A stretch of DNA of 32,478 nucleotides from an uncultured Streptococcus sp. (GCA_963553705.1 CAUVQK010000001.1:1-32478), one strand, 5' to 3'. Shown: positions 1 through 8,769, numbered from the stretch's first letter. Translations and numbers: made by a program. Notes: generated by a model from the sequence alone, not told the origin.

Positions 1-44
1 ATGCCTTTTGCGAAGTTTTTTGATTTTCTACAGGTTTTTTATAT

Positions 45-71
45 AAAAAAGCCACCTTGTATCGGTGGCTT
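45..71 (-). terminator. Rho-independent terminator
   Basis: Minus strand AAGCCACC-GATACAA-GGTGGCTT followed by a T run. Confidence 0.8.
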
Positions 72-226
72 GTAAAAACACGCGGGCTATATGTGACTGC
101 TCGGCCATTACCTTACCCCGTTCTGGGACACAAAAGCCCAACTAGCGCGCTAAAACGTGTTTGTCCAATATCCGCAACCGCCGTCGCGATTGGTTGGCAG
201 AACCTCTGCCCTTCCTTCGGATTACC
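45..226 (-). ncRNA. Candidate structured small RNA (~180 nt) downstream of the lysin
   Basis: Has its own extended -10 promoter and terminator, no ORF with a convincing RBS, and several nested helices (ATCCG/CGGAT, GGCAGA/TCTGCC, CAACC/GGTTG, AAACACG/CGTGTTT, GGGCT/AGCCC). Confidence 0.65.
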
Positions 227-229
227 TAT

Positions 230-238
230 ATTATACCA
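230..238 (-). promoter_or_regulatory. Extended -10 sigmaA promoter (TGgTATAAT)
   Basis: Perfect TGnTATAAT just downstream of the lysin terminator; no clear -35. Confidence 0.65.
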
Positions 239-251
239 TGTATTAGCAAAT

Positions 252-287
252 AAAAAAAGCCTCCCCAGGCCGAAGCCCAGGGAGGTG
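252..287 (-). terminator. Rho-independent terminator of the late/lysis operon
   Basis: CCTCCCTGGGC-TTCG-GCCTGGGGAGGC followed by 7 T, downstream of the lysin stop. Confidence 0.85.
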
Positions 288-342
288 TCATAAAAAGAGT
301 CCGAAATACCAGACTTATTCTGGTTAGTCTATTTTAATGGAC

Positions 343-1839
343 CTACATTGTGCCGATTGGCTTGCCGGTCGCAGACTCGATAAGCGAACCGTCCGCAGAC
401 ACTTTGATTTCGGTATCAGACAACATAGAACCGTCCTCGGTTAAGTAGTAAAGACGCCCGTCCTTGCCCTCAACCATAGTCTTGGTTTCCATGTAACCGT
501 CGCGCTTGTTGAAGTGGTAATACTTACCGTCCTTTTCAACCCAACCAGTTGACATTACGCAGTTAGGTTTGAAGTGGTATTTCTTACCGTTGATTTCCTT
601 AATACCGTCTTGAGCGGCCCAACCTTCCTCGTCAAAGTAATAGTCGTTGCCATATTCGTTGTACCACTCTGACTTTTTGTAGCTACCGTCCTCGTTGCGG
701 AACCACCAACGCTTAACGCCATTCTCGATTTTACTGATCCAACCAGTAGGTTGCTTCTCTGCAGTCCCGCCGGTCGTGCCGAGCAAGTGTTTAATGATAG
801 CCGTGGCCAACTCGTCTGCATGGTTGAGCAGGTAGTCCGCGTCGGTTGGGTTAGTACCAAAGCCCAACTCGATTAGTCGCCAGTTAGTGCCTGCATTAGC
901 AGTACGGTTAGCATTGGCGAGGTCGTCGCGCCCAGAAATACCTTTGTAACCTTTGTGGCTATAAGGAAACACGCCGATAGTTTCGGCCAAGGCGTCGCGC
1001 AGTTTTAAGTCATACTCGTCCGGTTCAAAGCCTTTATAGACAATGACATGGCCGCCTGTCGCGCTAGAGCTGTTAGACGCGTCGAAGTGGCATTCAACGA
1101 CGATTGTATCAGAGCCATATTTAGCCGCTTGTGCTGCAATGTCGCCATAATCGTAGCAGTCGTGCTCTGAAAAGAACGCTACATTGGCGCCGCTAGGCAG
1201 ATTTTGTTTTAAGGCAGGGAAGAAGATTTCTTCCATATAGCGGTGCTCGCCTCGTGCAATATAACCAGTTGCACCTGGGTCAAAACCACCGTTCCGTTGT
1301 TCGCCATGTCCGGCTACGAATAAAATAGTTGGCATATTTGATTTCACTCCTTCTGATGATAACGGCGCTGGTGCGTCGTATTGGGTAAGGTTATATTCGG
1401 CTATACGTTTTAGCAACTTGCTAGCGTATCGCGTGTCTGTAGCATATGTACCTTGCAATCCTTGAGCTTGCTCCTCTACAGTTTTTCCAGACAGTACCTT
1501 TGCGTAAATCTCACGTCTGCGAGTGGTGTTCTGGCAGAAATTTGTGTGGTACTTTACGCATTCATAAACAGTAGGAAACTTAGCAAAAGATGACCTTTGC
1601 TTAGCAACGTTTCCTTTTCCGTCGTCCTCCGGACTTTCTTTACTGTAGGTATCTCCGTCAAACGGTGGAGTTGCTTTGATGCCGGCGAAGTTATTTGCTA
1701 ATCGCGCTAGATCGGACTGACCAAAGTCTGACTCGAGAATTGCTTGTGCTAATAAAATCGAGACCAGCAATGGACTGCCGGTCTCGATTTTGGCCCTTTG
1801 ATATAGTGGGGCCATTTTTTCGATAAATGAGTTACTCAT
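343..1839 (-). CDS. Endolysin: N-terminal GH73 glucosaminidase, Amidase_3 domain, C-terminal choline-binding-like cell-wall repeats
   Basis: AQAILES/NNFAGIKA/YATD (GH73); AGHG...E...ECHFDA...LIELGF (zinc amidase_3); aromatic GW/YYF repeats; lies after the holin. Confidence 0.9.
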   Translation of the reverse strand: MSNSFIEKMAPLYQRAKIETGSPLLVSILLAQAILESDFGQSDLARLANNFAGIKATPPFDGDTYSKESPEDDGKGNVAKQRSSFAKFPTVYECVKYHTNFCQNTTRRREIYAKVLSGKTVEEQAQGLQGTYATDTRYASKLLKRIAEYNLTQYDAPAPLSSEGVKSNMPTILFVAGHGEQRNGGFDPGATGYIARGEHRYMEEIFFPALKQNLPSGANVAFFSEHDCYDYGDIAAQAAKYGSDTIVVECHFDASNSSSATGGHVIVYKGFEPDEYDLKLRDALAETIGVFPYSHKGYKGISGRDDLANANRTANAGTNWRLIELGFGTNPTDADYLLNHADELATAIIKHLLGTTGGTAEKQPTGWISKIENGVKRWWFRNEDGSYKKSEWYNEYGNDYYFDEEGWAAQDGIKEINGKKYHFKPNCVMSTGWVEKDGKYYHFNKRDGYMETKTMVEGKDGRLYYLTEDGSMLSDTEIKVSADGSLIESATGKPIGTM

Positions 1840-2230
1840 CTAGCTCTCCTGCCTTTGTAGGTAAGATTTTCTTGACGAAATTCTTTAATGGCTCGATATT
1901 TACGCCCATCTTCTCAAGATTCTCGAACACAGATTTAAGTTCGAATCCTAGATATCCGATATATAGAGCTTGAAGTGCAATAATTCCGGTATCCATAGGT
2001 ACAAGCACCATCAATGGAATGGCCAAAATAAGCATTACAAGGCTAGCTACCTTCCGTAAGATTCCGTCAATACCTTTCTTGCTTTCGAATTTAATGTCTG
2101 GATTGCGATATGCAGCCCATGTGCCGGTGGTAAAGTCAATAATCATGAGGATTGAGATAATCGACAGGATATACAAGATTTTCCCGTCCTGAGTTTCAAT
2201 AATGTGTCGTAACCAATCAATCATAGTCAT
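1832..2230 (-). CDS. Holin (Cph1/Phage_holin_4_1-like)
   Basis: Hydrophobic helices; IDFTTG...SKKGIDGILRK...ELKSVFENLEKMG motifs; overlaps the lysin start. Confidence 0.85.
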   Translation of the reverse strand: MTMIDWLRHIIETQDGKILYILSIISILMIIDFTTGTWAAYRNPDIKFESKKGIDGILRKVASLVMLILAIPLMVLVPMDTGIIALQALYIGYLGFELKSVFENLEKMGVNIEPLKNFVKKILPTKAGELDE

Positions 2231-2247
2231 TTAAATCTCCTCGTTTC

Positions 2248-2640
2248 TTATTTTTGTTTTGTTGTTCGTTTTTTGGAGTATCCGTCCAGGATGGACAGGA
2301 ACTCCTCTCTTTGGCCGTCTAAGGCCTCTTTAATACGAGCCTCTACCTCTTCCTCGGTTACGCCATTGGCTCCGTTATAGCCGATTTGGCTAGGCGTGGC
2401 TACCAATAGCCCGTCAACAAAGGTAAGTCGATGAGTCCGGAGCTCAAAGAACTCTCTCCAGTAGTCTAGGTCGTAATCTTCTGGTACATCTTGGTAAAGA
2501 TGGCCGGTGTTCTCGAATGAGACATCGGTTACTTGCTCGCCATCCATGACGAAATAAAGAGGCCTCATCTGAATCTTTTGCGCTTCTGTGTCATCTTGAA
2601 CATCCAAGGTGGGAAATGGATTTAATTCTTCTGTTGTCAT
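2248..2640 (-). CDS. Hypothetical protein between tail-tip genes and holin (possible fibre chaperone)
   Basis: 130-aa ORF with GGAGG RBS; position only. Confidence 0.65.
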   Translation of the reverse strand: MTTEELNPFPTLDVQDDTEAQKIQMRPLYFVMDGEQVTDVSFENTGHLYQDVPEDYDLDYWREFFELRTHRLTFVDGLLVATPSQIGYNGANGVTEEEVEARIKEALDGQREEFLSILDGYSKKRTTKQK

Positions 2641-2653
2641 TCGTTACATCCTC

Positions 2654-4537
2654 CTAAATCAATTTGTGCCATGGCTTCCATGTGTGAGATTGCTTAATTC
2701 GCCAGTGCAATGCGTTGGAATCCTTAACTGGCATCCAGGCAAATTGAAACCCCTCAGACCCTCCGTTAATTAGGATGGTATGAGATACAGACCACTTGTC
2801 CTCGTGTCTTGAGGATGCGTCTTGTATTCTGTGGTATCCGTTTGGTAGGTCGTCGAGTGTTTTGGTCGTCTTTCCGAGGTCAACAACATCCGCGTAAGCT
2901 ATTCTCCGATTATCGTAATAAGGATAGTCTCTTAGAGTTAACCATTTGCCAATGGCGTCATTGACTATTAAAAATTCCTTATTGTTTAGATGCCGTTCGT
3001 TAGGGAATCCTAGCCTAGAAAGGAGCCTATTACCTTTCCTTAGTGTTAGGAATGGCGCAATAGAGCCATCAAGAGACATTAACTCTAGATCTCCGGCTAT
3101 CTGGACTTGCGCCCCATTCTTATCGACAAGCTTGTTGATACCAACCTTGTTATTGGCTGATACGGAAACAGGGAAGCCCTCCGTTGGGATGTTAAACGGA
3201 CCGGCCTCAACAACGGCTAGCTTATCCTCAAGGCGAACCTTAAATTCAAAATAGCTGTTACCTGGTAAGGTTCCATCTAAGGCCGCCTCGCTATCTTTAC
3301 CGGATAAGGCGGTAGCATTAGCCCCCGTGTTCTCGGTCCATTCGCCACCTTGTGGCCGGACAAAGAACGACAGCTTAGCTGTGTTCTTTTCACTATCTGG
3401 ACCATCCAAGGCAATGGAAGATACCGACCAGTTGCGCTTGATAACTACCCTCTCGCCAGTACGGATTGGGGTCATGGCACCGATTGATGGAGCCTGGTAG
3501 TACATCACATTGATAGTCCGCTCAACCCATTCAGATTGGCGGCCACGAGTGTCGATAGCAGCCACTTGGATAGTTACCTGTTGGTTGCCTTTGTCCGGGA
3601 AGTTGAAAGCCGGGAAATTAAGGTTGCCATCGGTACTTGTTACAGATATTTCTGGCTTTTCCTTGATTCTAGCAACAAAGCTAACGACGCCGGCTCCTGG
3701 AGCCAACATAATACCAAGAGGAAACGCTCTGATAAGCGACAAACCTCTTAGATAGCCTTTGCTATTTAATAGGTTTTTGACTTTTTCATTCGTCTCCATA
3801 ACCGAAACGCCCTGGACAACCGGTTTGTAGGTTTCCGGGATATTCACCTTTACAGTGATGTTCTTGCTAAAAATGACCTTGCCATCCTTCTTTGCGTCAA
3901 CCTTGATAGTTAGGTTAAAGAATGTAGTGGTAGGAGCTTGAAGGACTTCATCCTCCGGAACCGTCCACTGGACTCTGTCAGTCACGCCTTTCTGGATATC
4001 TGTCTGAGTCTTGCCTTGGCTTAGGTAGCTGATGTCATGCGTATACTCAGCGCTTGGAGCGTTAGTTGTGATGACTACCGGCTCGCCTAGCGTGTACTCA
4101 GCTTTGTCTGTGGTAGGCGTGTAGTCCACCGTGAGCTCTGGCAACTGGAAATTACCAGATATGATAGTCGGCTGCTTGATTTGGTCCCAGTACGCTCGCC
4201 CATCAAAGGTCCACGAAAAGGTAATACTACCGTTTGGAGCCTCTGAGTAGTTGACGGTATGGCTACCCTCGGCTATCTTTTGCTCGCTCTTACCGCCTCT
4301 TAGGTCAAACACTGTCCGCTTGTTATAGACTTGATTTTGTCCTAGAAACAAGTCGCACGGAGTACCCTCAGCAGCGTCAAAATAACCGGCGGCCGGATTG
4401 GCTGTCAGCCATGCCTCCCAGTATATTTTGACCGTCTTAGCCGTTGAGTCTGGCTCATCGGCCTTTATCTTAAAACGTGAGCCAAGGGAGCCTGTACCGA
4501 CTACCTTGGCGTCATATTGTGTCCATTCTGTTACCAA
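2654..4537 (-). CDS. Minor tail/baseplate structural protein, DUF859-like, probable receptor-binding protein
   Basis: 627 aa, TTG start with GGAGGAG RBS. Beta-rich Ig-like segments, AIDTRGRQS...Y.AP motif and a W.PW C-terminal fibre-type motif. Confidence 0.75.
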   Translation of the reverse strand: MVTEWTQYDAKVVGTGSLGSRFKIKADEPDSTAKTVKIYWEAWLTANPAAGYFDAAEGTPCDLFLGQNQVYNKRTVFDLRGGKSEQKIAEGSHTVNYSEAPNGSITFSWTFDGRAYWDQIKQPTIISGNFQLPELTVDYTPTTDKAEYTLGEPVVITTNAPSAEYTHDISYLSQGKTQTDIQKGVTDRVQWTVPEDEVLQAPTTTFFNLTIKVDAKKDGKVIFSKNITVKVNIPETYKPVVQGVSVMETNEKVKNLLNSKGYLRGLSLIRAFPLGIMLAPGAGVVSFVARIKEKPEISVTSTDGNLNFPAFNFPDKGNQQVTIQVAAIDTRGRQSEWVERTINVMYYQAPSIGAMTPIRTGERVVIKRNWSVSSIALDGPDSEKNTAKLSFFVRPQGGEWTENTGANATALSGKDSEAALDGTLPGNSYFEFKVRLEDKLAVVEAGPFNIPTEGFPVSVSANNKVGINKLVDKNGAQVQIAGDLELMSLDGSIAPFLTLRKGNRLLSRLGFPNERHLNNKEFLIVNDAIGKWLTLRDYPYYDNRRIAYADVVDLGKTTKTLDDLPNGYHRIQDASSRHEDKWSVSHTILINGGSEGFQFAWMPVKDSNALHWRIKQSHTWKPWHKLI

Positions 4538-4539
4538 AT

Positions 4540-7437
4540 TTATCTCCTCCCAACATGGCGAATTACAAAGATTTGTGGATCGTGCTCATAACCACTCAAC
4601 AACCACTCACCGACCTGTATCCGCTCGGTGAAGATTGCTTGGGTGAACTGGAGCATGTTCCCACTGATAAAGGCTACCTCAGAGCCGTTATTAACAAAGC
4701 TAATACGGTCATCAGCAACCCTCAGATAGGTCCCGGCGCCTTTGTTACCAACGATAAGCCCCTCATCGGCCAATGTTATGGAGCGATCCAAAAAGCTATA
4801 TTTAACGGCCATATCCTGGAGCTCGTTATGAGTCAAAGCGACTCGATTAAGAGCATTGGCAACAGCCGCCTCACTTGCTTTCTTGTCATCCGCCACTGCT
4901 GACTGGAGAACTCTTATCTCTTTTATCAGAGCGTCCACCGCTTGGCGAGCAGCCTTAGCTTCTAACTCTTGGCGCTGCTTCTGTGCCTCTCCTCGGATGG
5001 CGTTGATAGCCTCCTCGGTCTGCTTGTTGGTGTCCGCTTGGTCTCGCTCGATGGCTTCTGGCTTCTTGGTCCAAGTGTATCGGCTCCAATCGGTCGAGGA
5101 AGCATCTTCTGTATCGAAATAGGAACCGATGTAATCCAGTCCGGCTTGGTCTGTGAGGCTAAATCCGGTCCCTTTGGCGTCTTTAGCGAAAGCTTGATGG
5201 TGCTTGGTCTCCTTACCAGGGTCACCTTTTGGACCTTGGGTCTTGGTCCATTTATACTTGCTCCATTCGGTAGAGTCAGATTCCTGGTCATCGACATAGG
5301 TCCCAATGTAGGCTCTATTTGGGTCGGTGGTCGAGAAGTTAAGGCCTTGAGTGTTATCAGCATACCCCACATGGATATACTGTATTTTCCCATCACTACC
5401 TGGAGGGCCAGGAATGCCTTTCGGGCCAGGTTCCCCTTTGAGCGACTTGAGCCACTCTGTCTCTGTTCCTCTAAATCCATTGTCCACAGCTATTTCGTAG
5501 GCAGACTTCGATTTAGTTGGTTCAGTGACATGGATGTTCTGACTGGCGATTAATTTGCCTTTTGAGTCATAGGCTCTGACAACGAAAGTGGCAGCCTTGT
5601 TGACCAAGTCTCCTGTTGTGACTGTCAGTGCGCCTGATTGGACACTGTTTGAGAGGCCTTTGTTGAAGGTATCATCTGATTCCTTATTGTCGGATAGGCG
5701 TTCCCAACGATACGCGACATCATCTACAATCCAACTACCTTGTTTTGCGACAACGAATATCCGCGTTTCCTTGTTCGTTGCGCTCAATTCGAGTCCGTTG
5801 GTTGAATCAACTTCAATGGTAACTGGCTCGCCTTTGCGATATTCCTTTATCGTTTCCTCTCGTAAGCCTTGAAGTTGGCGCTTGAGCTCAATGACGTCTT
5901 GATTCTCAGTTGGATAAAGCTCAGTGACATTACCTAATGTGACCGTATTGGACGATGGATCAGTGTCGCTCGTCACGATTTCAATAATAGTGGCTTGGAT
6001 AGCCAACGGCGGATTGAAGTAGTGGTCTACGAATATGCCTTTGTCACCGATAGAGACGGATTGTGGCATTTCCGATAGATGTACCGTATACTGAACCGCA
6101 GGCACGCTGTGCTCTTTCATGTACTTGAGCGCAGCGTTCATCAACATGCCTCGGTTTTGTTCGTTCGAAACTTCAACTAGTCCGTCAATCCAGTGTGTCT
6201 TGCCATCTGAGCGGAAACCCCATAATTCGTTGGCCTCTGGGTTGTAAAGTACTGATTGGCCCTTAGGTGAATAAAATCCGTCTTGATTATATTCAACCTG
6301 CTCGATTCCGTAGTATGCTTTATTCGTCCATTGAGCTGTTCGCCCTTCGAACGTTCCTGAGGTAGCTTCATAACATGCCTGAGCGATGTAGTCGGCTAGT
6401 GCAGCTGACCCATTTTTATTTTGAGTTATGCCATCGTCATAGAAATAGGTGATATATGGTGTCGCGTACTTTCTCCAGTTAACGTGATAAGCTGAGTTGT
6501 GGCGGTTTGATACTGCTGTATATTCCTGCGTCATGGCCCCTTTGTTTGGCGTATTTGCGGGTGTGTCAACAAACAGAATCTTATGCCCTTCTCCTACTGC
6601 ATCCACAATAGCATCTACCGAATCTTTGGTGACAGATCCGTATCTCCCTGCCATGATAACAACGTAGGTTTGCAATTGCTTGGCAGATTTTAGTGCCTTG
6701 ATGTCAGCTACAATCGCTTCAAGCGTCTTATTTGCATTAAAGGTGCCGTTGACTGTCTGGACTCTTTTTCTTAAGTACGGAACAGCTTCCACTGCTGACT
6801 CATCGCCTAGTACGGTTATCTTGATTTTAGATGCTTCTTCTCGGCCTGCGGTAGTTAACTCTCCGCCTACAGATTTAGTGTTGTGGCGTTGGATTGATAC
6901 AGTACTTGGTTTGAGTGGTTCAGGCTTTTCTCCTGGTGATGGGGTGCCGGAACCACCACCAGAACTTGCTCTAGCAAATGCTTCTTTATCCCATTCGTAG
7001 AGTTTGTTCTGCTCTATCACTCGGATGATTGATGTGCCATAGTTTCCTGCAGTTGCATATCCTGAAGCTTGCAATGCTTGTGCTGCCTTGATGTAATCTG
7101 TTTCTCCGATTACATGGCGATAGTTGTTTTTACGCCACTCGTTATTAGAGAAAAACGCTGCGTGGTCCTTGAACGAATCAATCATAGAATCATACGCTCT
7201 AAAATCAGCGTTGATCCAATATGAACCGTTAGGGCCGTACTCTTGTGTCCTCATGTTGACAGTACGGCCTTTCCAGTCTGAACTAGCTTTGATACCAAAA
7301 TGGTTGTTGTAAGGTGGGCGCGCTAATCCTGAAGTGCCATAAGCACCTTCGATTGCCCATTGCGCAGCTGTAATAGACGGTAAGATTTTAAGGTCCCAGG
7401 AGGCTAATGCTGCCTCTTTAATCTCGCTGAATTGCAA
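4540..7437 (-). CDS. Tal C-terminal half/tail spike: GH73 glucosaminidase, inactive SGNH-like domain, C-terminal part of the Tal hub, collagen-like repeats, coiled coil, gp58-like end
   Basis: TTG start with GAGGGGG RBS; AAQWAIE/NNHFGIKA/YAT; FYSPKG...SIGD...VTLGN Tal segment; KSAYEIAV..GF.GTE.EWL.SLKG; G-x-y repeats. Confidence 0.85.
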   Translation of the reverse strand: MQFSEIKEAALASWDLKILPSITAAQWAIEGAYGTSGLARPPYNNHFGIKASSDWKGRTVNMRTQEYGPNGSYWINADFRAYDSMIDSFKDHAAFFSNNEWRKNNYRHVIGETDYIKAAQALQASGYATAGNYGTSIIRVIEQNKLYEWDKEAFARASSGGGSGTPSPGEKPEPLKPSTVSIQRHNTKSVGGELTTAGREEASKIKITVLGDESAVEAVPYLRKRVQTVNGTFNANKTLEAIVADIKALKSAKQLQTYVVIMAGRYGSVTKDSVDAIVDAVGEGHKILFVDTPANTPNKGAMTQEYTAVSNRHNSAYHVNWRKYATPYITYFYDDGITQNKNGSAALADYIAQACYEATSGTFEGRTAQWTNKAYYGIEQVEYNQDGFYSPKGQSVLYNPEANELWGFRSDGKTHWIDGLVEVSNEQNRGMLMNAALKYMKEHSVPAVQYTVHLSEMPQSVSIGDKGIFVDHYFNPPLAIQATIIEIVTSDTDPSSNTVTLGNVTELYPTENQDVIELKRQLQGLREETIKEYRKGEPVTIEVDSTNGLELSATNKETRIFVVAKQGSWIVDDVAYRWERLSDNKESDDTFNKGLSNSVQSGALTVTTGDLVNKAATFVVRAYDSKGKLIASQNIHVTEPTKSKSAYEIAVDNGFRGTETEWLKSLKGEPGPKGIPGPPGSDGKIQYIHVGYADNTQGLNFSTTDPNRAYIGTYVDDQESDSTEWSKYKWTKTQGPKGDPGKETKHHQAFAKDAKGTGFSLTDQAGLDYIGSYFDTEDASSTDWSRYTWTKKPEAIERDQADTNKQTEEAINAIRGEAQKQRQELEAKAARQAVDALIKEIRVLQSAVADDKKASEAAVANALNRVALTHNELQDMAVKYSFLDRSITLADEGLIVGNKGAGTYLRVADDRISFVNNGSEVAFISGNMLQFTQAIFTERIQVGEWLLSGYEHDPQIFVIRHVGRR

Positions 7438-7639
7438 TGTGTACGACCCCCTCGCTGATTACATATTTGATGTTGTGTGGGAAGATGAAATGTTCTTTCT
7501 CATCACAATCTCTAACAACGACTTTATCACCTGCATATTTAATGATGGTGCACACCAGTAAGGTATTGTTTTGTTTGACTAATCCAACTTCTGAACCTGA
7601 TGGCCACATTGCTATCATATCTTCCATTTTGAATGTCAT
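7418..7639 (-). CDS. Small hypothetical protein (73 aa, beta-rich, SH3/Sm-like pattern) between the two Tal halves
   Basis: ATG at 7639 with GAAGGGG RBS, 2 nt after the upstream stop; overlaps the start of the next gene. Confidence 0.7.
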   Translation of the reverse strand: MTFKMEDMIAMWPSGSEVGLVKQNNTLLVCTIIKYAGDKVVVRDCDEKEHFIFPHNIKYVISEGVVHIAIQRD

Positions 7640-7641
7640 AA

Positions 7642-8769
7642 TCACAACCCCTTCACGCGCAAATAGCCGACTTTGTTATATCTCGACAGATTGCCTATTT
7701 GAACTGGGTCACCTGCATGGATAATCTTACCGTCGCCCATATAGATACCAACGTGGTTTGCGTCTCCTGGATAAGTGTATCCTGTATCCATCATGACTAT
7801 GTCTCCTCTGCGGATTTCGCTTGCAGTAATCCTATTGAAATAGCTAGTATGCTCTCCGCCTCTATCCCACATAGAGTTGGTGGTTGGGCGCCCTGTTCTT
7901 GGATACCCTGGGACATTCGCTTGTCGGAAACAGTAAGTTACGAATCCAGAGCAATCAAACGTGTTAGGGCCATTTGCACCCCAAACGTACCGTTTTCCTA
8001 GTTGGTCGGTCGCTATCTTCATCACTTTTTCGATTAGGTCGCTATTGTCTGGTTTCTTTTCCTCTTGTGGAGCTGGTTGGGCGTTGGTGGCATCTTTTTT
8101 CTCTGCTCCACGAACAATACATCTTGTCACTATATGGTCGATGTTTACCTTTCGGTCAATGTGGTTGACGAAATTGTCTGATGTCACATAGAATCCTGGC
8201 TCTCCTTCCATCCGGTTCTTGACAATGTTGATGAAAAACTTAGGCCCTTTAGCTGTTAGTTCAACGGAAAAATAAAACTGGCACAGGAACTTTGAAATGA
8301 TTTCTCTGACTCGTTCTAAAATGGTTTGCTGAGTCGTGAATTCATAAAAGGCCTTCATATCACATTCGTTTTTCCCAATGTAAAACCCAGTATCCTTGAG
8401 TACGAAATTCAGATAATAATCAATCGCTTGTCCAGCCTTCGGCTTCTCTTGAATCTCTGCAAAAGAGTTTACCAAGATGATAGCTGCGTCCTCACAGTAC
8501 ACTGTCTTCTCAATACCACCATTGTCCTCAACGTTTCGGATGTTCATAAATACCCTGACACCTTGATTGTTAAGAAAAGTGATATAGTTTCCTTCTCTTA
8601 AGAACTGGTGCTTATATGTTGTCTTAGGTGATTTGAATTCAAGTGTATACACGCCGTTAGCAATGGATGTAGAAAGACGGTCTGCATAATAATGCAAACC
8701 GTCATCTACTGAGTTGTCCATGAGGCATAGGCGCTCGAACTTGTTATTGAGTATTTCAATATTCTTCAT
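7642..8769 (-). CDS. Tal N-terminal half (phage tail hub/endopeptidase family) with C-terminal NlpC/P60 peptidase
   Basis: Follows Dit. Tal-like N-terminus ending RKVNIDHIVTRCIVRG, then YVWGA.GP..FDCSG...GD...HVGIY.G....IHA with an intact Cys-His-His triad. Confidence 0.88.
   Translation of the reverse strand: MKNIEILNNKFERLCLMDNSVDDGLHYYADRLSTSIANGVYTLEFKSPKTTYKHQFLREGNYITFLNNQGVRVFMNIRNVEDNGGIEKTVYCEDAAIILVNSFAEIQEKPKAGQAIDYYLNFVLKDTGFYIGKNECDMKAFYEFTTQQTILERVREIISKFLCQFYFSVELTAKGPKFFINIVKNRMEGEPGFYVTSDNFVNHIDRKVNIDHIVTRCIVRGAEKKDATNAQPAPQEEKKPDNSDLIEKVMKIATDQLGKRYVWGANGPNTFDCSGFVTYCFRQANVPGYPRTGRPTTNSMWDRGGEHTSYFNRITASEIRRGDIVMMDTGYTYPGDANHVGIYMGDGKIIHAGDPVQIGNLSRYNKVGYLRVKGL

Noticed and set aside
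1..44. Possible attachment site at the lysis end
   Set aside because: No matching repeat is available because the integrase end lies outside the window.
57..293. 78-aa + strand ORF
   Set aside because: No RBS, runs through two terminators and is antisense to the structured RNA candidate.
2222..2230. Holin dual-start motif (Met-Thr-Met)
   Set aside because: Lacks the charged residue of the lambda S holin/antiholin motif; no further support.
2654..3100. Diversity-generating retroelement or invertible cassette acting on the fibre C-terminus
   Set aside because: No reverse transcriptase, template repeat or alternative C-terminal cassettes are seen in the window.
7438..7644. Read-through, intron or split intein joining the two Tal halves (they share a reading frame)
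   Set aside because: Several in-frame stops, no intron-like structure, no intein terminal motifs, and each ORF has its own SD; a shared frame has a one-in-three chance.
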